DNA of 23,413 nt from Silvanigrellaceae bacterium (GTDB lineage: Bacteria > Bdellovibrionota_B > Oligoflexia > Silvanigrellales > Silvanigrellaceae), in contig JBMSQQ010000057.1 in the NCBI GenBank assembly GCA_049423385.1, positions 1-23,413 on the forward strand, in the 5' to 3' direction. Positions within the stretch are counted from its first letter, which is position 1. Every line of letters starts with the position of its first letter. Below the pieces are notes generated by a model. That model made no database searches. It worked only from the letters and a program-made list of their open reading frames with translations, and was not told the DNA's origin. Both the position numbers and the translations under genes were made by a program. This document shows positions 16,964-23,413 of this stretch, piece after piece.

Positions 16964-18898
16964 ATGTTTCATTTTCGACGTTGTGGGTTGCACCACATCG
17001 GGTCAAACTTGAGATGTTCGGTGGAGACGGAATCCGAGAGGTATTGGATATTGCAGGCGTCCGAAGCTAAACATATGTTGGTCACGAAATCGAACATTCT
17101 GGGTCCGTTCGAGACTCAGGATGTGATTGAGATTTTGAGAAAAGACCCAGAGATATTTCATTCGATCCAATGGATTTGTCCGGAAGGCGGGAACCCGCTT
17201 CTTGTTCTTGAATGGTTCTCGGATTTCGCTCCGGAGGGTGCGCTTGAAGCGATTATTCTCGAAGATGCACAAGCGGGATCGCTGTTTTCGGAAAATATTT
17301 CAAGAAACGAAAAACGTGCGGAATTACCTCCGGATCATGGTGGCTTGAATCCGGTCCAGGCGGTTCAGAAAAATCATTCCAGGTTTCGAGAGTGGTTTGC
17401 CCTGCTTTGCCTCGCTCTGGTTGGTTTGGCTCTTCTCTGGATTGGCGCGAAGGTCTTGCGACCCGCGCGGGCATTACAAAAGCCTGAAAAGCCATTGGCT
17501 GCGAAATTACTGGGCTCCACGCCGGATGCTTTGCGCAACTATCAGAACCTTCTTGAAGGAAAAATTTTGCGCGACCCCAAAAAATACGCGCGGGCTTTGT
17601 TGTCGATGCAAAAGGACAGGTCTCTTTATCCCGAAGGGTTCTTGCCTTCGCCCGAGATGACCGCTGCAATCGCCTTGATTGGACTGACGCACGAGGAACT
17701 CGACAAACTCGACGAATGGAAGCAACTGCTCTTGCGCCTGCCGCCCGAGTCTCGCCAACGCGGCTTGGCTGTCGTTGCATACGAGCTTTCGCGGGTTGTT
17801 GCAGTGCGCAACAACCTTTTGTCTGTTTCCGAACAGGAATCAAAAAAGTCACCATCAGTGAAATTGATTCAGCAATCGATGGAGGAGTTGGGAATCGTCT
17901 TCGAGCGGATGCAGAGAGTCATTCCTCAATCGGAATCCGATGAGCCGGTCCTGCAGGGAATTCTCTTGTCGAGACTCATGTCGCTTGGATTGTTGACCAT
18001 CCTTGAGCATCCGCTTCTTGCGGCAGAACAACCCCTGATCAAGGCATCGGTTGCAAACATTTCTGTCCTCTTTGAAAAAATTTCAACTGCAGACAAAACG
18101 CTGATTGGTGAATTGTCTGAGCTCGCAAAGCTCCGAATCGCCAATCCGAAAGCAAAAATCGAGTGGAGCAAGTCGGTCGAAAGAATTGTGGAATTCAATC
18201 GGCTCAACCGTTTTCTTTGTCAGTTGAATGAGACGGGATCCGGGGCTGCTTCGATGCTCTTTCTCGTGACGCAGGTCGCCAAGGAAAAGCAGCCCATGCC
18301 GGAAGTCGGAAATCTTTTTGATTCCTGCTTCGTTGGGCTGCGCGTCTACCCCAGAAATGGCGGGAGTCCGCTTTCGGACGTGGAAAGCGGCGGCTTTGAT
18401 TACGTTGATCCGGGTGCGGTGGATGAGGGTGTTTTGCGCAGGTTCAGGGTTAAATTTCCAACCTTCAATCCAGCCCTCACGCGCCTCAAGGGAACCCGGA
18501 ATTCGGCCGGAGATTGGATGTTGGTTTTTTATTTGAACGGTGTGCTGCCCGGGCGATTGTCTGCTGCGCAGAAAAACGCAAAGAATTCCCTGTGCAGCAA
18601 GTCTGTTGAAAAGGAATCAGTGTGTGATCAGGTGCGTTGGATGGAATCGCTCCCACGTTGGCGGGACAGGGTTCAACTGGTTCTTGATTTGCGGGAAGAT
18701 ATTCGCCCGGATGACGTGGCCCAGCTCGGCTACAATTTTGTGTTCAACGCTGCAAAGGAATCAGTCGGTTCGCACGGTCGCAAAAGAATCAAAGATTTTT
18801 ATGAGGCTGTGAATGCCTTGAAGGATTTTGTCGACAAGGAAGATCCGCGGCTTCAGTTCCTGTTTGATTACATGCAAAGTCTGGGCGGCGAAAGCTGA
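16964..18898 (+). CDS. Hypothetical bitopic membrane protein with a GYF_2-like N-terminal motif and a large helical C-terminal region
   Basis: 644-codon ORF. ILGPFETQDVIEIL resembles the GYF_2 GPF motif, and there is one TM (WFALLCLALVGLALLWIGA). The true start is probably downstream (GTG 17021 or ATG 17075). Confidence 0.72.
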   Translation: MFHFRRCGLHHIGSNLRCSVETESERYWILQASEAKHMLVTKSNILGPFETQDVIEILRKDPEIFHSIQWICPEGGNPLLVLEWFSDFAPEGALEAIILEDAQAGSLFSENISRNEKRAELPPDHGGLNPVQAVQKNHSRFREWFALLCLALVGLALLWIGAKVLRPARALQKPEKPLAAKLLGSTPDALRNYQNLLEGKILRDPKKYARALLSMQKDRSLYPEGFLPSPEMTAAIALIGLTHEELDKLDEWKQLLLRLPPESRQRGLAVVAYELSRVVAVRNNLLSVSEQESKKSPSVKLIQQSMEELGIVFERMQRVIPQSESDEPVLQGILLSRLMSLGLLTILEHPLLAAEQPLIKASVANISVLFEKISTADKTLIGELSELAKLRIANPKAKIEWSKSVERIVEFNRLNRFLCQLNETGSGAASMLFLVTQVAKEKQPMPEVGNLFDSCFVGLRVYPRNGGSPLSDVESGGFDYVDPGAVDEGVLRRFRVKFPTFNPALTRLKGTRNSAGDWMLVFYLNGVLPGRLSAAQKNAKNSLCSKSVEKESVCDQVRWMESLPRWRDRVQLVLDLREDIRPDDVAQLGYNFVFNAAKESVGSHGRKRIKDFYEAVNALKDFVDKEDPRLQFLFDYMQSLGGES

Positions 18899-18912
18899 AT
18901 CGAGGTGTCAAG

Positions 18913-19461
18913 GTGTCGATGTGTGTCCTCGTCAGATCCGAAGAGTTCGGCGCTCGGCCGTTGGCAGAACAGGATCTCATTGAACACGCCGTCAGGGATG
19001 TTCCTGGTGTGCGCATGATAGAAAACGAGGAATGGCTGACAGTGCTTGACTCGTTGTCTCACATGGGTTCGCCTGTGGTGATGATACTTCCGTTGTCATT
19101 GAGTTCGGCTCAAAAGGAAGTGCAGCGGCTTCTGGCTGAGCTGGAAAAGAGAATGCCATTGAGTCAACTTCTGGGTGTTCTTTTGCTGATCCAGAATTCC
19201 GGACAATCCGTGCTTTCGCGTGAGCAGTCGCTTGCAACGGTAAGCTGGATTGAGCGAATCGACCAATTTTTCGACAATGCCCTGCCGGTCAATTTTATTT
19301 TTACACACAGTGAAAGTCCAAGGCTTGTGCAGATGAATGTGTCTGCGGCTGTCAGCAGTTTGTGGAAAACCTTGGAATCGTTCCGGGAGCTGAACATTCT
19401 CTCGCAGGAAATCGACAAGCTTAAAAGCCAGGTGGAAATCCTGGAGCGAAGAATTCGCTGA
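18913..19461 (+). CDS. Hypothetical protein with alpha/beta pattern and C-terminal coiled coil
   Basis: Starts 14 nt after the previous stop, with GAGGTG RBS at 18902-18907. Heptad tail LNILSQEIDKLKSQVEILERRIR. Ends 4 nt from the convergent rarD stop. Confidence 0.68.
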   Translation: MSMCVLVRSEEFGARPLAEQDLIEHAVRDVPGVRMIENEEWLTVLDSLSHMGSPVVMILPLSLSSAQKEVQRLLAELEKRMPLSQLLGVLLLIQNSGQSVLSREQSLATVSWIERIDQFFDNALPVNFIFTHSESPRLVQMNVSAAVSSLWKTLESFRELNILSQEIDKLKSQVEILERRIR

Positions 19462-19465
19462 AGGC

Positions 19466-20395
19466 TTATCTTCGAAAAGATTTCAGCGAGTTTCTGCGCC
19501 CGCTGTCAATCGCAAAGATGGCAAGTCCAGTCCAGATAAGCAGGAATGAAACAAATTTTTCAGGACCGAAATCCTCCTTGAAAACAAAAACGGCGATCAG
19601 AAACTGAAAAGTTGGTGAAATATACTGGTAGAATCCCAGCGTGCTGAGTGGAAGTCGCTGGGCTGCTTCTGCGAACCAGACCAATGGAAGGGCCGTCAGT
19701 GCCCCGCCAAACCCAAGCAGGAGAAGTGTTTTTGCTGGTTCATGGGCTCCGCTCAATTCAAGAATATTCACCGGTGCGATTCCGGTTGAAAGCAGCATTG
19801 CAGCGGCAACAGGTATCAGCAGCGCGCTTTCAACAGCCGTACCTGCAGCGCCACCGAGTCTGGTTTTTTTGCGGATCACACCATATGCCGTGAATGTTCC
19901 CGCAAGCGACAATGCAATCCATGGAACCTTGCCTGCAGTCAGGGTCAAGGTCACAACGCCTGCGCAGGCCAGAGCGAATGCCGTTTGTTGCCAGCGGTTG
20001 AGCTTCTCGTGAAAAAAGAATGAGCCGATGATGACGTTAAAGATTGGATTGATGAAATAGCCGAGACTCGATTCAAGTGCATGACCCGAATTGACCGCGA
20101 AGATGTAAAGGCCCCAGTTGACTCCTATGGCCACTGCGGCAGGTACCGATTTTTTGATGGTCCCGGGAGCGAGGGCAAATGCCGTCCATGCCCTGATGTT
20201 CTTTTTGATTGAAAAAACGCAAATAAAAAAGACAACAGACCACAAGATGCGATGCGCCAGGATCTGCAGGGGTGGAACGTGCCTGAGTTCACGCCAGAAG
20301 AGCGGCACAAAGCCCCAGGTCGCGTAGGCGGCAATGGCATAAAGGGAGCCCCCCTGGGAGCTTGGAGTATTGTGATGATCAGCTGGTTTGCTCAT
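19466..20395 (-). CDS. rarD: EamA/DMT-family transporter RarD
   Basis: AYATWGFVPLFW, ILAHRILWS, NWGLYIFAVN...LESSLGYFINP, YGVIRK and LPLSTLGFYQYISPTFQF. ATGA overlap with the glpD stop. Confidence 0.95.
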   Translation of the reverse strand: MSKPADHHNTPSSQGGSLYAIAAYATWGFVPLFWRELRHVPPLQILAHRILWSVVFFICVFSIKKNIRAWTAFALAPGTIKKSVPAAVAIGVNWGLYIFAVNSGHALESSLGYFINPIFNVIIGSFFFHEKLNRWQQTAFALACAGVVTLTLTAGKVPWIALSLAGTFTAYGVIRKKTRLGGAAGTAVESALLIPVAAAMLLSTGIAPVNILELSGAHEPAKTLLLLGFGGALTALPLVWFAEAAQRLPLSTLGFYQYISPTFQFLIAVFVFKEDFGPEKFVSFLLIWTGLAIFAIDSGRRNSLKSFRR

Positions 20396-21744
20396 ATGGC
20401 ACGGGTGGCTGGTGACGATTTGAAAAACTCAGGAGATTCCCGAAGGATTTCATTTAAAAACCAAGCATCAGAACTGCAAGTCGTCGATTGGCCACCCCGA
20501 GCGGAGAGTCGGGAAATCCGGTTTCCGAGCTTTTCGCACTCGGCACGATAGGTGGTGTATTTTCCGCCGTAAATTGAAAACAGGTTGGGTAAGGTTTCGT
20601 CTATGATTGTTTCACGGGACAAGGCCGAAATATTCAGTCCTTCATTTGTTTGCAGATACGCCGGAGACGCGAACGGATTGGCATGCCATTCATGAGCGGC
20701 AGGATCAAAATTGAGCGCACTGTGTTTTTCCTTGATGGGCATGGTGCGCACACCTGCGAATTTTTCCGCAATGTTTTCTTCCCTGATATCGATTTCGAGG
20801 TTCAACTCTGCAGCTTCAAGCAGGTATGAGACCTCTTGTTCCGTAGGTTTCAGACCTCGTGGTTCTCGTGCCGGAAGAACCGATTCGGTTGTGCCAAGCA
20901 GCCATTGGCCATCCCAGGGAATGAAAAAAACAACCCTGCCGTCCTTGTTCTGCAAAAGGCATGCTGCTGATTCTTCAGTTTTTACGTTTGCCACTGCACT
21001 TTTCTTGAAGATGATGTGGCTTCCCTGATTCAACAGGCAGCGCACCCGGGGTAAAATTCCCCAGCGGATCAGGTTTGCGTTGTTCCATGCACCCGAAGCG
21101 TTTATCACGCAGCGGGCGGTGAGTTCGCGGCTACCCTGTTGATTGGTGATGACCACCCGGTAGCCTTCCCGATCTGCAAGTTTTTCAACTTTGCTGACCG
21201 TTGCATTTTCTTCGTAGGTTGCGCCCATTCGTTTGGCTGCTTCAGCTGCAATGCGGACAATGACATCGTCGAGCATTTGCGCGTCGTAATAGAGAAAAGC
21301 ACCTTGCGTCTGCTCCGCAATCCGGGATTTCTTGAGGTAGGGCGCGGCTTCGAACATTTCATTGAGTGACAGGCGTCGAGATGTCGGCAATCCTCCGTCG
21401 CCAGCCATGCTGTCGTAAATGAACAATCCCGCTCTCAACATCCATGCAGGCCTGTCTCCCTTGAACACCGGCAGAACGAAGGGAAGGGGTTGAACAATGC
21501 CTTTCAGGATTCTCAAAAGAAGGGATCGTTCCGAAAGCGCTTCATGCACCAAAGGCCATTGATAGAGATGCTCCAGATAACGCAATCCGCCGTGCACGAG
21601 TTTGGTCGAGCGGCTTGATGTCCCGCTTGAAAGCACCTTTTGTTCAACCAGGTGAATTCCGTCCATTCGTCTGGAAGCGAGATCATGGAGCAGGCCAACA
21701 CCGTGGCAGCCGCCGCCAACGATCAAAACTTCAAGATCGGCCAT
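20392..21744 (-). CDS. glpD: FAD-dependent glycerol-3-phosphate dehydrogenase/oxidase (GlpD-like, 450 aa)
   Basis: IVGGGCHG FAD motif, GTSSRSTKLVHGGLRYLE, VINASGAW, GSHI, DGRVVFFIPW..LGTTE and GGKYTTYR. AGAGGA RBS 6 nt before ATG 21744. Confidence 0.9.
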   Translation of the reverse strand: MADLEVLIVGGGCHGVGLLHDLASRRMDGIHLVEQKVLSSGTSSRSTKLVHGGLRYLEHLYQWPLVHEALSERSLLLRILKGIVQPLPFVLPVFKGDRPAWMLRAGLFIYDSMAGDGGLPTSRRLSLNEMFEAAPYLKKSRIAEQTQGAFLYYDAQMLDDVIVRIAAEAAKRMGATYEENATVSKVEKLADREGYRVVITNQQGSRELTARCVINASGAWNNANLIRWGILPRVRCLLNQGSHIIFKKSAVANVKTEESAACLLQNKDGRVVFFIPWDGQWLLGTTESVLPAREPRGLKPTEQEVSYLLEAAELNLEIDIREENIAEKFAGVRTMPIKEKHSALNFDPAAHEWHANPFASPAYLQTNEGLNISALSRETIIDETLPNLFSIYGGKYTTYRAECEKLGNRISRLSARGGQSTTCSSDAWFLNEILRESPEFFKSSPATRAI

Positions 21745-21822
21745 ATTCATTCCTCTGTTCAAAAAAATGAGCGGGGCCAGTCACCGCAACCGGATCGTGG
21801 TTCACGCCTGCATCTCGATGCT

Positions 21823-21851
21823 AGCATGCAAAGAATTCAAATGAGGGTCAA
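21823..21851 (-). promoter_or_regulatory. Possible sigma70 promoter for glpD-rarD
   Basis: Minus strand TTGACC-N17-CATGCT in the iscS-glpD gap. The -10 match is weak. Confidence 0.3.
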
Positions 21852-21858
21852 TGTCGCG

Positions 21859-23142
21859 TCATCGGGGAAGATTGGCGGAGGATTTTCGGAGCTCAAGCGC
21901 AGTTTCGGCAATGAGTGATGCAGCGCTCAGCATTTCCGCCTCGTTGTTGGTCAAGCCAATGGAGACCCTGAAGCTTGAGAGCGCGGCATCGTCCTCCATT
22001 CCCATGGCCGTCAGCACATGGGAAGTTGTTGCTTGCAATGTTCGACATGCGCTGCCGGTGCTGATGCAAAGGTGTTTCATGTTCTCGATGAGCTTCATCG
22101 CATTCACGCCAGGAATATGAATCATCACAATTCCCGGACACTTTCTGGCCGCGCTTCCGGCACCCGCAAAATCTATCATGCCACCCAGCGAGCGGAGAAA
22201 AATGGATTCGAGATGCGCCAGGTGATGCAATCTTTCTGAACGTTCTTCCACCTGCAGCCGCGCAGCTTCTGCAAAGCCGACGATGGCGGAAAGATGAGGC
22301 GTGCCTGAACGCAAACCGGCTTCGTGGCCTCCTCCGGTGAGTTGTGGCGAAATGCGAATCCGTGGTGTTCGCTTTTTCAGAATAAGTGCCGCAGCTCCTC
22401 GTCCGGCGTAAATCTTCGCTCCCGAAATTGTCGCAGAATCGAAATCGCAAGTGTTTGAGCTGAAGTTGCCGCGCGCGAATCCCTGCACCGCGTCAACATG
22501 AATCAGGGCGCCTTGCCGGTGGGCGATTGCAATGACGTCTCCGAGATGTGACTGGATGATTCCGGTCTCGTTGTTGACGTCCATGGCGCAGACGCAAAGT
22601 GTATTGCCGTCGATGATTTCTTCGGCTTGATTGAGGTTGATTTGCCCGTTTGCATCGACCTTCAAATGCGCGATTTCAATTCCCGATGTGTCCATTTCGC
22701 TCGCCGTTGCGAGAATTGACGAATGCTCTGTTGCGCAGACGACGATCTTGTTTCTCTTTCTCAGTGGATTTTGTGCCAGGCCTCTGAGCAGTAGATTGTT
22801 TGCTTCAGTGGCAGATGCGCAAAACGTCACTTCATCGAAATCGACACCGATGGACTGCGCGATCAGCTGACGGGCGGATGCGAGACCATGTTCTGCAAGT
22901 TCTCCCATGGGGTGCAGGCGGTTGGCTGGATTTCCGTAGATTTGCGTCATCCAGGGAAGCATCTTGTGCAACACGCGGGAGTCGACAGGTGTGGCCGCGG
23001 CATGATCGAGGTAGATGAGCTCAGCTGGAAGTTCAACGCCACCAAAATGAATGTCCTGCGGCTTTGCGAGTCTGCCAAGCTGAGAATCAAAATGATGAGC
23101 AAATGGCGAAATCTTGGCCAACGGCATGCCGGCAGAAGACAT
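21859..23142 (-). CDS. iscS: Cysteine desulfurase, IscS/NifS family (group I)
   Basis: IYLDHAAATP, GNPA, ATEANN, TEH, VNNETG, HVDAVQ, PLP lysine in SGAKIY, GGGHEAGLRSGT and catalytic Cys in STGSAC. GGGGAGAG RBS favours ATG 23142 over TTG 23184. Confidence 0.9.
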   Translation of the reverse strand: MSSAGMPLAKISPFAHHFDSQLGRLAKPQDIHFGGVELPAELIYLDHAAATPVDSRVLHKMLPWMTQIYGNPANRLHPMGELAEHGLASARQLIAQSIGVDFDEVTFCASATEANNLLLRGLAQNPLRKRNKIVVCATEHSSILATASEMDTSGIEIAHLKVDANGQINLNQAEEIIDGNTLCVCAMDVNNETGIIQSHLGDVIAIAHRQGALIHVDAVQGFARGNFSSNTCDFDSATISGAKIYAGRGAAALILKKRTPRIRISPQLTGGGHEAGLRSGTPHLSAIVGFAEAARLQVEERSERLHHLAHLESIFLRSLGGMIDFAGAGSAARKCPGIVMIHIPGVNAMKLIENMKHLCISTGSACRTLQATTSHVLTAMGMEDDAALSSFRVSIGLTNNEAEMLSAASLIAETALELRKSSANLPR

Positions 23143-23186
23143 GAATACGACTCTCCCCAGGGCGAAGTCCGAAACGCGATTCAATC

Positions 23187-23225
23187 AAACACAAAAAGCC
23201 CGGTCAGTCGTGACCGAGCTCTTTT
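23187..23225 (-). terminator. Rho-independent terminator after rpmF
   Basis: Minus strand AGCTCGGTCA-CGAC-TGACCGGGCT (one U-G pair) followed by TTTTGTGTTT. The other strand also has a short T run. Confidence 0.85.
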
Positions 23226-23246
23226 CATTCCGACAGGGTTTCGTTC

Positions 23247-23413
23247 TCAGCGAAGGGCTGCGACGAGGTCGGTCTTCAGGTAGCGCTGAGCGACAAAACG
23301 GCCCTTGTAAAAGCCGCAGCTTTCACAAACCGAGTGTGGCAAGCGAGGCGCTGCACAGTTGGAGCATTTGGAGAAGTTCAACGCGGTAAGAGCGTCGTGC
23401 GCGCGGCGCATTT
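23247..23413 (-). CDS. rpmF: 50S ribosomal protein L32 (5' end outside the window)
   Basis: Manual translation gives ..[54 protein letters not shown]. It has the L32 RRxH, CxxC..PHxVCxxCGxYxGR zinc-ribbon signature. Not in the ORF track. Confidence 0.95.
   Translation of the reverse strand, partial: MRRAHDALTALNFSKCSNCAAPRLPHSVCESCGFYKGRFVAQRYLKTDLVAALR

Noticed and set aside
18903..18927. Short direct repeat AGGTGTC x2 (plus GTGTC)
   Set aside because: It is too short, is explained by the RBS and start codon, and has no spacers, so it is not a CRISPR or iteron array.
21761..21800. T7 run after a GCGG/CCGC stem in the glpD leader as a GlpP-type attenuator
   Set aside because: The stem has only about 4 solid pairs, it is separated from the T run, and no antiterminator gene is visible.
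21859..23142. IscS-like gene as DndA of a phosphorothioate system
   Set aside because: No dnd or ssp genes are in the window, and the context is ribosomal and metabolic.
1..23413. Mobile elements, prophage, CRISPR, tRNA/rRNA, toxin-antitoxin or defence genes
   Set aside because: I saw no integrase, transposase or phage motifs, repeat-spacer arrays or cloverleaf patterns. Intergenic gaps are all short.

Overview
This is a gene-dense bacterial chromosomal segment made mostly of core genes. It lies between two ribosomal-protein loci: a DUF2232/YybS-like gene 3' end plus rplI at the left, and rpmF (L32, cut by the window edge and missed by the ORF track) at the right. In order it contains: a TPR/membrane protein, an orphan TrpR-family repressor, a small lipoprotein, and glutamine-dependent nadE. 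Divergent from nadE is a tightly coupled operon, livJ/K-livH-livM-livG-livF-panC-plsB. Then come a minus-strand envelope block (metzincin lipoprotein, GT-C-like polytopic membrane protein, membrane-anchored protein), two hypothetical genes, and minus-strand iscS-like, glpD and rarD. The gene style and hypothetical proteins suggest a Bdellovibrionota/Oligoflexia-like organism, but that is inference only. I saw no rRNA, tRNA, CRISPR array, integrase, transposase or recognisable defence system, and no clearly new system can be proven from the sequence. The best leads are: (i) a sigma28-like promoter placed to give a leaderless mRNA, with a second sigma28-like site before the protease; (ii) a GT-C-like gene flanked by two exported proteins with Ser/Thr-rich regions; (iii) the liv-panC-plsB coupling; (iv) an orphan TrpR with a hairpin over its RBS; (v) atypical GlpD and IscS proteins.
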